Assembly (NCBI GenBank): GCA_044870765.1
Contig: JBIOZG010000056.1
Location: 1 to 20,552 of the forward strand
Reading direction: 5' to 3'
DNA: 20,552 nt
Source of the DNA: Nitrososphaeraceae archaeon
Lineage (GTDB): Archaea > Thermoproteota > Nitrososphaeria > Nitrososphaerales > Nitrososphaeraceae
Part shown: positions 1 to 9,156 of the stretch, one piece after another
How the letters are laid out: every line of letters begins with the position of its first letter
How positions within the stretch are numbered: position 1 is the stretch's first letter
The notes under the pieces: model-generated
Told to the model about the DNA's origin: nothing
What the model saw: the letters and a program-made list of their open reading frames with translations, nothing else
Databases searched by the model: none
Made by a program: the position numbers and the translations under genes

Positions 1-315
1 CATAATCTGTACGATGCGTTTTGGTGGGCTGTTGAGACCATGACAACCGTTGCTTATGGCGAATATTATCCTGTCACCTTCTTGGGAAGGATTATTGCGG
101 GAGTCTTGATGTTTGCAGCTATCGGTATACTTTGGACAGTAGTAGCGTTAATTACATCCAAACTTGTAGAACGAAGGTTAAAGCATGCAGGAACCGGCAT
201 AATCCAAGACACAAAAGATATGATAAAAGAGAAAATAGACTCTATAGAAAGATTGGATAGTAAAGAGCTTGAAGAACTGGTTCGCTTGATAAGAACACTT
301 AATCATTCAGGTTAA
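1..315 (+). CDS. Two-TM potassium-channel-like protein (Ion_trans_2 pore domain), C-terminal part; 5' end outside the window
   Basis: Frame 1 is open from base 1: HNLYDAFWWAVETMTTVAYGEYYPVTFLGRIIAGVLMFAAIG. This gives a pore helix, a filter-like TTVAYGE, the PxTxxGR motif and an inner TM helix. Confidence 0.85.
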   Translation, partial: HNLYDAFWWAVETMTTVAYGEYYPVTFLGRIIAGVLMFAAIGILWTVVALITSKLVERRLKHAGTGIIQDTKDMIKEKIDSIERLDSKELEELVRLIRTLNHSG

Positions 316-412
316 AGTGTGGTGGCCTTATAACTAATCTGGATCAACAGGTCATTTTAGCTGTACTCTTTAGTTGTACTGTTCACCGAATGTAAATGCC
401 GATAGAACTTGA

Positions 413-499
413 ATCAGCGTAGATAAAGTCGTCTCATTCTTGACCAAATATGTTGTATATGCCTCCACCTCCCCGAATCAAATCACTACCATCGTCAGC
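413..499 (-). pseudogene. Remnant of a hemolysin-type (RTX, GGxGxD) calcium-binding repeat protein
   Basis: Minus-strand translation ADDGSDLIRGGGGIYNIFGQE*DDFIYAD has nonapeptide periodicity, with TGA (434-436) where a GGA Gly is expected. Confidence 0.55.
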
Positions 500-661
500 C
501 TTGCAATCAAAATTTAAAAGGGAATTTGATCTATTAACTACAGAATGATTTGTAATTCCGTAAAAAATTAGATTAGACGACTATTTTACAGAATTGATGT
601 CTATCCTTTTATATGAAAATAGTAATTGAATAACGTGTCTCAATATTCGAATTTGTCGTGC

Positions 662-1894
662 ATGAATTTTAATACCACCAATGATCAGGACGGGTTTATT
701 TCAAAGGTGGACACTGTATGTAAGGCACTAAGAAGTTTTGAAGAAGCATGCTATATCGAAGAAAAGTTAAATGAAAAGTTGGTTCCTGAATTTAGTAAAA
801 TTGGAATGCTTGGTTGTCCTATTTCAAAGGAATATGGAGGGCTGGGATATGATATTCTAACTTATTGTAAGGCCCTGGAAAGAATCGGCGAAGAAGGTAA
901 TTCTATGAGAACATTTTTTTCTGTACATACTTCTATAGGACAGATGTTACTACAAGGCTGGGCAAATCAAGAGCAAAAAAAGGAATTCTTGCCTGAAACA
1001 ACTAATGGTAAAAGTATCATGGCCTTTGCTTTAACCGAACCTCAAGCGGGAAGCGATCCTTCCGCAATGATCAGTGAATACGAAGATGTAGGTGACTGCT
1101 ATTTACTAACTGGAAAGAAGCACTGGATTGGTAATGGAACGATAGCAAATATTATTACTACATATGCTAGAGATAAGACAACAGGTAAGATATCTGCATT
1201 TATTGTAGACATGGATTCATCTGGTATTAGAAAAAAAGAAATGAAAAACAAAGTGGGTTTACTTACCATTAAGAATGCTGAGATTAATTTCGAGGGTTGC
1301 CGTATACCAAAGCAGAATTTATTGGCAAATGTCGGCCAGGGACTAAACATTGCCTTCAGCGCCCTGATAGATGGGAGGTTAAGTGTTGCAGCAGGTTCAA
1401 TCGGAGTGATGAAAGACTGTCTCAACGAAACCTTAAGACACGCTAGGTCTAGAACACAACATGGATCTCCCCTAGCAAAGAAACAATTAATTCAACAACA
1501 TATCTCAAAGATTGTCATAGGTATGGAAAGCTCGAAATGGCTTACCTATAGAGCCGCATTTGCAAGACAGAAATTGCATGATTACGTTGAACAATTCAAA
1601 TTGGAACAAGAATCCTGGCAATCAGAACTAAATCGGAGTAACAGTACTTACTCGCAATTAAGAAAGGAAGCTGACCTGCTAACTACGATTGCCAAATTTC
1701 ATGCTACAAACATGGCATTTGATTGTGCATCTAGATCACTACAAGTGTTTGGATCATTTGGTTACCAGAAAACCTCACGTGTCGCAAAACACTTCCTTGA
1801 TTCTCGTGCAACAATGATCTATGAAGGAGCCAACGAAGTATTAGAACTCAAAATTGCGTCTGAGGTATTGGGAGATAGTTTCAAGGCATACTAG
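662..1894 (+). CDS. Acyl-CoA dehydrogenase family protein
   Basis: Motifs EYGGLG, FALTEPQAGSD, GKKHWIGNG, RTQHGSPL, QVFGSFGY and IYEGANE (catalytic Glu). ATG at 662 is preferred over TTG at 626. Confidence 0.93.
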   Translation: MNFNTTNDQDGFISKVDTVCKALRSFEEACYIEEKLNEKLVPEFSKIGMLGCPISKEYGGLGYDILTYCKALERIGEEGNSMRTFFSVHTSIGQMLLQGWANQEQKKEFLPETTNGKSIMAFALTEPQAGSDPSAMISEYEDVGDCYLLTGKKHWIGNGTIANIITTYARDKTTGKISAFIVDMDSSGIRKKEMKNKVGLLTIKNAEINFEGCRIPKQNLLANVGQGLNIAFSALIDGRLSVAAGSIGVMKDCLNETLRHARSRTQHGSPLAKKQLIQQHISKIVIGMESSKWLTYRAAFARQKLHDYVEQFKLEQESWQSELNRSNSTYSQLRKEADLLTTIAKFHATNMAFDCASRSLQVFGSFGYQKTSRVAKHFLDSRATMIYEGANEVLELKIASEVLGDSFKAY

Positions 1895-1929
1895 TAAGCC
1901 GACTGCCTGGGATTTATTTATATCTTTTT

Positions 1930-3156
1930 CTATTTATGATACCTGTTTATGGTATCGCATATTAAAGAAACACCTTTCGCAGCTTCCTCCTCATTTATGG
2001 TTAGTGGTGGCATTATTCTAATTGATTTTATTCCGGCTGGAAGTACGAGGAGTCCTTTCTTAAACAACCGGTTTACAACGTAATCTCTTATCATTTTTGT
2101 GTCAAATTCGAGCCCAATCATTAAGCCAATCCCTCTTACATCAATGAGTCCATTGATACCAATAATATCAACAAAATTCTTTAGCAACATATTGCCAATC
2201 CTTTGGGAATTAGATAATAAACCATCCTTGACAATAATCTCTATTATCTTTGTACCAACTGCCATGTCAATTCTATCTCCTCCTCCCCATGTACTTGAAA
2301 GAACTCCAGATTCCTCAGGTTCATATTCTTTGTCGTATACCGTGGCTCCTACTTGCAAGGCTTTTGCAACAGTCATTATGTCGGGTTCCACTCCATAATG
2401 TTGATAGGCCCACCATTTTCCAGTTCTTCCCATTCCACTTTGGACCTCGTCAAAGATCAGCGGAATTTTAAATTTATTTGCCAACTTTCTTAAGTTCTGG
2501 ATAAATAATTTACTTGCCACATTTAATCCTCCTTCTCCCTGTATTGTTTCAGTCAAAATAAAAGCTACTTTGTGTTCTCTTAGCAAACTTTCCAATTGAT
2601 TAATTTGAGGATCAGAATCAGCAGTACAAAATTTAATTCTCTTTACTGGTAACTGTGGAAAGTTTGTCTTTTGTACTTTTTTACTCATTGTAAAGCTCAA
2701 TGCACCGAGTGTTCTGCCATGAAAATCACCCTTACAAGACACTCCCGGCAAAGGACCCAATTTCTTGTAGGCTAACTTTATGGCGTTTTCCACCGCTTCT
2801 GCTCCACTATTTATGAAAAATACTTTAGAATTCCTCTTGCTTATTGAAAGGAGTCTTTTACCAATTTTAATGTGCTCTTCGCAATAAAAATCTTGACCGG
2901 CTATTTTATGAACTCCATTTTTAGTACTACAATAATCTTTGATAACCTCTAAAATTTCAGGATGAGAATATCCCAATGGGCAGGATCCAATATTGGATGT
3001 AAAATCTAAAAACTTGTTGCCATCCACATCTTCAATCCTACATCCACAACCGGTCTTAATCACAAGTGGGTAGGTGAAAGTAGAGTCATACGATAATTTC
3101 TTGAATTCCTTTACTATTCTTGAAGCTTTCGGGCCTGGAATTTTTGTCATATCCAT
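1930..3156 (-). CDS. Class III PLP-dependent aminotransferase (GABA/ornithine/lysine-6-aminotransferase-like)
   Basis: Motifs DVDGNKFLDF, LGYSHP, NSGAEAVENAIK, FHGRTLG, ETIQGEGG, FDEVQSGMGRTG, DIMTVAK (PLP Lys), STWGG and RGIGLMIG. Likely ATG at 3156 or 3150. Confidence 0.93.
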   Translation of the reverse strand: MDMTKIPGPKASRIVKEFKKLSYDSTFTYPLVIKTGCGCRIEDVDGNKFLDFTSNIGSCPLGYSHPEILEVIKDYCSTKNGVHKIAGQDFYCEEHIKIGKRLLSISKRNSKVFFINSGAEAVENAIKLAYKKLGPLPGVSCKGDFHGRTLGALSFTMSKKVQKTNFPQLPVKRIKFCTADSDPQINQLESLLREHKVAFILTETIQGEGGLNVASKLFIQNLRKLANKFKIPLIFDEVQSGMGRTGKWWAYQHYGVEPDIMTVAKALQVGATVYDKEYEPEESGVLSSTWGGGDRIDMAVGTKIIEIIVKDGLLSNSQRIGNMLLKNFVDIIGINGLIDVRGIGLMIGLEFDTKMIRDYVVNRLFKKGLLVLPAGIKSIRIMPPLTINEEEAAKGVSLICDTINRYHK

Positions 3157-3210
3157 AAATTCAAACGCCGATAAATAAGACTTGTACAAACACCACAACA
3201 AAGATTCTAA

Positions 3211-5433
3211 TTATCGACTATTTTCTCCTTTGAATTCTTTGTTAAGATTATTTCGTTTTTTTTGGAGCTCAGTTGCGGTAAGTAGAGATTTTGGTTTGTA
3301 TCTACCTAGTAGTATGGAATTCCCTACTACGGTCACCGAACTCATTGCCATTGCAAGTGCAGCCAACATTGGTAACCATCCAAATATTCCTACGCCTAGC
3401 AACGGAACTAAAACCCCTCCGGCTATAGGTATCAATCCTGTATTATACGCAAATGCCCAGAATAAATTCTGCTTTATCTTTGTGACCGTCTTCTTCCCTA
3501 GTTCCAGTGCGATAGATACATCTCTGACATCACCTTTTATTAGAATAATTCCTCCAGTTTCTTTCGCAACATCTGTACCCGAACCTATTGCAATACCCAA
3601 GTCTGCTACAGCTAATGCCGGTGCATCATTGATACCATCTCCTACCATAGCTACTGTCTTGCCTTCAGACTTTAATCCTGAAATTACTTTTTCTTTTTGT
3701 TGAGGTAGAACCTGAGATATGACTATATCAATTCCAAGTTGAGACGCAATTGACTTGGCTGTTCTTTCATTGTCTCCAGTGAGCATTATAACTTCCTTGC
3801 CCTTTGACTTTAAATCATCAACTGCAATTTTTGCACTTCCCTTTGTCGTATCAGCAAGAGCCAAAATTCCATACAGTTTTGAATCTGCTGCCAACAAGAC
3901 AGCAGTCTTTCCTAAATTTTCCAGCTCTGTTAGTTTTGATTCGACACGCTCACCAATTGGAATGCTATTTTCAATCATGAGTTTTCTAGTTCCAACCAAG
4001 ATGACAAGCCCTTGGTATACGGCCTTTAATCCTTGACCCGAAATTGCCTGGGATATCTCTGGAATTGGAATCGCATTATCTTCTCTGCCTTTTCTAACAA
4101 TGGCCTGCCCTAAGGGATGTTCTGAGCCTGCCTCCGCAATTGCCGCTAATCTAAGGATCTCCTTTTCTGCGATACCAGTTTCAGGAATGGAATAGATATC
4201 AGTAACAGCTGGCTTTCCTTCAGTTAATGTTCCAGTCTTGTCAAATACTATTGTCTGAATTTTACTTGCAATCTCAAGGTACTCCCCACCCTTGAATAAT
4301 ATGCCATGCTCGGCAGCTTTTCCGGAACCCATCATTAATGCGGCGGGCGTGGCAATTCCTAGTGCACAAGGGCACGCGATAATAATCACCGAAACAAAAG
4401 CCAGAAGGCTGTAAGTAAACCCTATACCACCTAAAAAGTACCACCCCAATCCAACGCCTATAGCAGTGAGTACTATTGCAGGAACGAAATATTTTGCAAC
4501 TTGGTCAACCATTCTCTGCACCTGTGCTTTTCCAGTTCGAGCTTCTTCGACTAGATTTATTATCTGTGAGAGCACAGTGTCCTGTCCGACCTTTGTAGCT
4601 CTGATTTTCAGCAGACCTGTCTTGTTTATAGTAGCACCTATGACTTCTTCGTCTTTTGCTTTGTCAACAGGCATACTTTCGCCGGTTACTGTTGATTCAT
4701 CTAATGTTGAAGCTCCTTCTATTATTATTCCATCTGTGGGAATGCTCTCTCCAGGTCTAACTATCAACATATCGTTCTCTTTTATCTCTTCAATTGGTAC
4801 CTTTGCTTCTTCCTCTAGGACTTGTCCAGTTGGACTCTTTATTACTCGCAATACGCTTGCTCTGCGAGGTTGTAATTCAAGGAGTCTTCTAACGGCGTAA
4901 GAGGCCTTTTCCTTGGTTCTTGTTTCAAGTAACCGCCCTATAAGTATCAACGTAATAATTACAGCAGCCGTCTCAAAATAAACGGAATTAAATGGGAAGA
5001 ATTCAGGAGCAATCGTTACTGTTGCACTGTATAAATAAGCTGCAGAAGTTCCAATTGCTATGAGTGTATCCATATTCGATGCTTTTGCTTTAACACCATC
5101 CCAAAATCCTTTATAAAATCTCCATCCAATCCAAAATTGTAAGGGAGTGGCTAATACAAGCATAATGTAGCTCGAGTTACGCATCAAGTCTATCGGGAGG
5201 AAATGACCGAACTGTGCTGGCAGCATGTGAGGCAGACTTAGAAGAATAATAGGAATCGTCAGTGCCACACTTAAAACTACTTGGATATTCAATTTTTTCA
5301 GCTCTTTTTCTGGTTCTCTAAATTCGTTTAGGCATTGGCTGCTGCAAAAGAAATATTTCTTACCATTCATTGTATGCCTGATCGAATCGGGTTTTTCTTC
5401 CACAAACATACCACATACAGGGTCTTTTGCCAT
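3211..5433 (-). CDS. copA: Cu(I)-translocating P1B-1 ATPase with N-terminal YHS/TRASH metal-binding domain
   Basis: MAKDPVCGM...YFFCSSQC, TGES, CPC, DKTGT, EHP, TGDN, GDGIND, YN and MAMSS. ATG at 5433. Confidence 0.95.
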   Translation of the reverse strand: MAKDPVCGMFVEEKPDSIRHTMNGKKYFFCSSQCLNEFREPEKELKKLNIQVVLSVALTIPIILLSLPHMLPAQFGHFLPIDLMRNSSYIMLVLATPLQFWIGWRFYKGFWDGVKAKASNMDTLIAIGTSAAYLYSATVTIAPEFFPFNSVYFETAAVIITLILIGRLLETRTKEKASYAVRRLLELQPRRASVLRVIKSPTGQVLEEEAKVPIEEIKENDMLIVRPGESIPTDGIIIEGASTLDESTVTGESMPVDKAKDEEVIGATINKTGLLKIRATKVGQDTVLSQIINLVEEARTGKAQVQRMVDQVAKYFVPAIVLTAIGVGLGWYFLGGIGFTYSLLAFVSVIIIACPCALGIATPAALMMGSGKAAEHGILFKGGEYLEIASKIQTIVFDKTGTLTEGKPAVTDIYSIPETGIAEKEILRLAAIAEAGSEHPLGQAIVRKGREDNAIPIPEISQAISGQGLKAVYQGLVILVGTRKLMIENSIPIGERVESKLTELENLGKTAVLLAADSKLYGILALADTTKGSAKIAVDDLKSKGKEVIMLTGDNERTAKSIASQLGIDIVISQVLPQQKEKVISGLKSEGKTVAMVGDGINDAPALAVADLGIAIGSGTDVAKETGGIILIKGDVRDVSIALELGKKTVTKIKQNLFWAFAYNTGLIPIAGGVLVPLLGVGIFGWLPMLAALAMAMSSVTVVGNSILLGRYKPKSLLTATELQKKRNNLNKEFKGENSR

Positions 5434-5472
5434 AGAATAATGATAAAACCGTATCAAATATAACAATAGAAC

Positions 5473-5486
5473 TTTACAAATGTAAA
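5473..5486. promoter_or_regulatory. Palindrome TTTACA-AA-TGTAAA upstream of copA (cop-box-like)
   Basis: Perfect 6-bp inverted repeat with a 2-nt spacer, 40-53 nt upstream of the copA ATG; contains TACAnnTGTA. Confidence 0.45.
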
Positions 5487-5849
5487 AAATAGTGTTGCAT
5501 ATACTGTATTGTAATAATTGGAAATTTGAGTTCTAAGATTAAAAAATAATCTCTCGGTTTGACTTCTGCAAATTGCATTATCACTAGCGATATGCTTATG
5601 TTTTCGCTTTTAAAGTTCTGCTGCGATATCGGGACATTTACGTTAATGCTGCAAAACGGGTGATGAATATATGGAGATTCTTCTTTTTATTCAGCTGATA
5701 AAGAGACTGGAATGTTCTGTGAAAATATATTAAATGCAGATGGATAAGTCCTCTCTGATTGCATCTTTTCATAAACAATTTTACATTTAACATATTATGT
5801 AATGTTATAACATCATAACTAGTTTTTTCTTTATGTAAACTTTATTTAT

Positions 5850-6176
5850 TTATCCCCTTTTTCTCTTTGTTTTTGGTTTTGGTTTTGTTTTTGTTTTTGT
5901 TTTTGGTTTTGGTTTTGGTTTTGGTTTTGGTTTTGGTTTTGGTTTTTTAGTCTTCTTTACGGAGGCACTTACTTTATCTTTTGCGTCCACAAATTGCCTC
6001 TGTTTTGCTGCTTTTTGCTTATGACCACAAATATCGCATTCGTAGTCTCTAATTCCCCCAGTTTCTTTAAATTGTCCTTTAGGTTCTGCACTAGCGCTAG
6101 CGGTTACCACAGGATATAGATGACCCTTTTTGCATTTAGGACATAACTCCAATCCAGACACAGAATTATCAATCAT
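5850..6176 (-). CDS. Small Zn-ribbon protein with a Lys/Pro/Thr-rich basic tail
   Basis: CPKC...CDICGH, followed by a (PK)n/(TK)n tail ending in RKRG. Confidence 0.75.
   Translation of the reverse strand: MIDNSVSGLELCPKCKKGHLYPVVTASASAEPKGQFKETGGIRDYECDICGHKQKAAKQRQFVDAKDKVSASVKKTKKPKPKPKPKPKPKPKTKTKTKPKPKTKRKRG
5866..5948. repeat. Hexamer microsatellite (GGTTTT/GTTTTT)n encoding the PK/TK tail
   Basis: About 13 tandem hexamers are directly visible. Confidence 0.9.
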
Positions 6177-6310
6177 GGGGCGGGTATTAAATATTACAAA
6201 TACACTTTTCTCCGTAGAACAACTAAAAGAAGAAAAGGTAAGAAGCGTAAGAGCAGATTTTCATATAAGCAAGAACATGATGATCCTGAAAAATTGACTA
6301 TGGACTAATT

Positions 6311-6526
6311 CTAGTCCATTTTTTCCTTTATCTTTTCTTTTTGGTACTCGCTATCTAAATCCTTATCAGGATCTGCTACTTTCTTTGCAACTGCTTTTGC
6401 ACCGGCTTGAACCTTGTCGCTTGCATCTTCCAATCCTTCTCCCGCATCTTCCAATCCTTCTTCGACATCGGACTTGGCTTCTTCAACTTCAACCTCTGTT
6501 TCTTCTTTAGTTTCGTAATCTGTCAT
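6311..6526 (-). CDS. Small acidic hydrophilic (LEA/general-stress-like) protein
   Basis: MTDYETKEETEVEVEE...; EGLEDA occurs twice (18-bp direct repeat at 6423-6440 and 6444-6461); TATA-like box upstream of ATG 6526. Confidence 0.75.
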   Translation of the reverse strand: MTDYETKEETEVEVEEAKSDVEEGLEDAGEGLEDASDKVQAGAKAVAKKVADPDKDLDSEYQKEKIKEKMD

Positions 6527-6683
6527 TGTAATATTAGTATGCACTACATTGCTTAATAACAGAGATGATAATCCTATTCATAGAAACAAATTCAATATTA
6601 TCTTATATTAGGTTTTATTTGCTGGGACGTCTGAATGACACGAACCGTGGAATAAAGTTCATTGACATCTGAAATCTAAGAGC

Positions 6684-6848
6684 TTATGATGAGGTTACTA
6701 TATAAAATAAATTTATTTTTGCTGTTAGCACTTCTCTTACCTTTCGGTTCAATTGGTTTGCGGCACGATTAGCCTCATACGCCAGGTAGAGTCCCACTAC
6801 TAGGATTATAATAAAAAGAATTATACTGATTTTGGTTTTACTTTTCAT
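6684..6848 (-). CDS. Small single-TM membrane protein (54 aa, not in the ORF track)
   Basis: MKSKTKISIILFIIILVVGLYLAYEANRAANQLNRKVREVLTAKINLFYIVTSS*: basic N-terminus followed by a hydrophobic helix. Confidence 0.55.
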   Translation of the reverse strand: MKSKTKISIILFIIILVVGLYLAYEANRAANQLNRKVREVLTAKINLFYIVTSS

Positions 6849-6931
6849 TTATTATTGAAATATTGTAATCGAATATTGCTTAGGAGGATAATCAGCAATC
6901 AACATCAAAATTCAAGATAAAAGTAAATTAC

Positions 6932-7312
6932 CTATTTCAGATCTCGCACATTTTTATAACGGTCAGACTGATCTGGTGGCTGAGTGGGAATTCCGACCAT
7001 CCTCTCTTTTACTACTTTTATTCCTTCACTTGAAACGATCTGCTCATCTACTGAAGGCTCTTCTCCGTAAAAGAATTTCCCACGAATCTCTTCCTCATTA
7101 TTACTTAGCCATATATACTCACCGTCATAAGCGTCTGCCAAATTCTTTGGTACCCAAAAACTTTTTTTTCCTACTGATCCTTTCTCTATTCTAAAATGAT
7201 TCTGGGATATTTTTCTGATTTTACCAAGTTTTTTACCATCATTAGATTTTACCTTTTTATTCTTAAGTTCACTCCACAGAACGGTGGGACCGGCTATATT
7301 TTCTTCAGGCAT
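6932..7312 (-). CDS. PRC-barrel-like (DUF2171-like) protein
   Basis: WSELKNKKVKSNDGKKLGKI...FWVPKNLADAYDGEYIW; same pattern as the proteins at 7392 and 16222. Confidence 0.75.
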   Translation of the reverse strand: MPEENIAGPTVLWSELKNKKVKSNDGKKLGKIRKISQNHFRIEKGSVGKKSFWVPKNLADAYDGEYIWLSNNEEEIRGKFFYGEEPSVDEQIVSSEGIKVVKERMVGIPTQPPDQSDRYKNVRDLK

Positions 7313-7391
7313 GTACTATTATGGTCAACATTGGATATAAGCAAACTAGTCAAATCGTTAAATGCAATATTGCGTACAGAAATGTAGCATA

Positions 7392-8024
7392 TTGACTAAG
7401 GTAAAAATTTCCGGTAAAAGATTGATTGACAAGAAAGTAAAGTCGTTTGATGGTAAAGATTTGGGCAAAATCAAAAGTGTTACACCAGAGTACGTAGAGT
7501 TAAAGGATGGTAGCAAGCGGTACTTCGTTCCTAAAGTACACATAAAGGAACGTGATAAAGATCTATATGTATTGCTAATGGGAGATGAAGTCAAAGAAAA
7601 ATATGAAAGGGAAGATCCTCCGCTAGCATCTGAAATACAAGAAGCAGAACGTACAGGGGAGGGATATGCTTCATATCATGAGGTGATACCATTCATGGCA
7701 AAGGAGCCTGGTTTGGAACTAAAGGGAGAAAAAACAGGTGACATCCTAAAAATATCTTGGGAGGATGTAATACATAAGCATGTAAGAACTGTTGACAACG
7801 TGGACATAGGGGATGTGGACAGAGTTGGTAATGAATTTATTGTAGTCAGAGAAGGTGTTGCAAATGTTCACATGTACTATATTCCAAAGCAGTATATTAC
7901 TAATTATGATGGAAGCTCCATTTGGATTGATGTACCGAGTGGATTAGTAAACGCTAAATTTGAACATGAAGACGAACCAACGCAGGAAGAAATTAATATG
8001 TTACTAAATGAATTACCGGAGTAA
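7392..8024 (+). CDS. Tandem two-domain PRC-barrel-like (DUF2171-like) protein
   Basis: Two repeats: LIDKKVKSFDGKDLGKI...YFVPK and WEDVIHKHVRTVDNVDIGDV...YYIPKQYITNYDGSSIW. Start is uncertain (TTG 7392 or ATG 7362). Confidence 0.75.
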   Translation: MTKVKISGKRLIDKKVKSFDGKDLGKIKSVTPEYVELKDGSKRYFVPKVHIKERDKDLYVLLMGDEVKEKYEREDPPLASEIQEAERTGEGYASYHEVIPFMAKEPGLELKGEKTGDILKISWEDVIHKHVRTVDNVDIGDVDRVGNEFIVVREGVANVHMYYIPKQYITNYDGSSIWIDVPSGLVNAKFEHEDEPTQEEINMLLNELPE

Positions 8025-8147
8025 AAATAGTGTTAAAAAATCTTTTTGATGCCCTAATACAACTCTCAAAATGCTCCTATGTGCTCATGATGGTACAATG
8101 ATATCTTTGAGAAAGTCAACTTTTTCTACTAGGCGAGATTGATTATA

Positions 8148-8261
8148 CTAGGGAAGACTGACTGAATGAACTTCATTGTCACAATTTTTGCACATAAATC
8201 TTTTGCAACTTTCGCACCACTGCACTTGACTGGAAGTATTACAGGAGTCACATGAGGCCAT
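8148..8261 (-). CDS. 37-aa B-box-like zinc-finger miniprotein (not in the ORF track)
   Basis: MASCDSCNTSSQVQWCESCKRFMCKNCDNEVHSVSLP*, pattern C-x2-C-x8-C-x2-C-x4-C-x2-C-D-x3-H; TATAAA lies 21-26 nt upstream. Confidence 0.65.
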   Translation of the reverse strand: MASCDSCNTSSQVQWCESCKRFMCKNCDNEVHSVSLP

Positions 8262-8656
8262 CTATTGTATCCCAGTTAATGTTTATACTAATTATTTTAT
8301 TAGCCAAAGTAACGTGTTGACTTCCTAAATATTATTTCTTTATCCGACATTCCGATTAATGATAGTCCTTTTTTAAGTAACTTATTTCTTATTTCATGAG
8401 TTATCTTGTCCTTCTCTAATACTATAATCAATTCTGAAGGTCTCTATTACTATGACCAATAAGACTTATAACAATTAAAGCAAGTGTCCGCGCAGGAGGT
8501 CACCTAAAACTATTTGGTTATTTACCATTCCTCCAATCTGGTCAATAATGATGTTTCAGATCGTTGTAGACTTTTTGTTAAAAGGTAGTAGTATGTAATT
8601 TAAACCAAATAAAGGAACTAGAAACTGCTATTAGTAACAGCATCTTTGAACTAATA

Positions 8657-8905
8657 TTGATAAAAAGTCTTACAATAACGTTGCTTCTTAGCGTTTTAGT
8701 CCCCGGCGTAGGTCATATATATTTAGGGGTTCACCATCCGGGAATAATTATCTTCTTAATTGGAGTGTTTCTAAGATTTGTCGCAGACGTCTTTTTACCT
8801 TTTCCATTAAATTGGGGAATCTTTGGCATTTACTGGGGCTGGGCATTAATACATGTTTACAGAATTTATAAGGTAATATCTGGGCCAGTAGGACAGGCAA
8901 ATTAG
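8657..8905 (+). CDS. Small membrane protein with a PGxGHxYLG motif (TM2-like)
   Basis: LLSVLVPGVGHIYLG followed by two further hydrophobic segments. Confidence 0.75.
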   Translation: MIKSLTITLLLSVLVPGVGHIYLGVHHPGIIIFLIGVFLRFVADVFLPFPLNWGIFGIYWGWALIHVYRIYKVISGPVGQAN

Positions 8906-8942
8906 AAAAGTAGGGTAATACTGTTAGAATTATCCAAGATTA

Positions 8943-8989
8943 CTGATGGGTCCAAGAAGAGACCGAGCCATATGTCGAGGACCCATCAG
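8943..8989 (-). repeat. Hairpin unit U1
   Basis: CTGATGGGTCC-N25-GGACCCATCAG, a perfect 11-bp stem. Strand is assigned from the sibling units. Confidence 0.85.
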
Positions 8990-9060
8990 AAGAGTAAAGA
9001 ATTCAGATAACTTTACTAGAGACCAAAGATAAAAGTTACCTGATTTTCTAAGATAAGAAA

Positions 9061-9094
9061 CTGACGGGTCAACACTACAGACCTGGTCCACCAG
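9061..9094 (-). repeat. Hairpin unit U2
   Basis: Plus strand CTGACGGG...TCCACCAG; on the minus strand CUGGUGG/CCGUCAG pairs with 2 G-U. Confidence 0.7.
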
Positions 9095-9156
9095 AACGAA
9101 TCAATTCCAAATACTGATTTGCGTTATACTACTTTCGCCAATAAAATATAAAAAAG

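Noticed and set aside
1099-4900. Track ORFs 1099-1425, 2099-2398, 2250-2471, 3182-3703, 3755-4036 and 4466-4900
   Set aside because: Antisense shadows of well-supported genes.
5802-5813. Palindrome ATGTTATAACAT
   Set aside because: AT-rich, single copy and not at an evident promoter; chance is likely.
6976-7594. Track ORFs 6976-7194, 7196-7387 and 7358-7594
   Set aside because: Antisense overlaps with the PRC-barrel-like genes.
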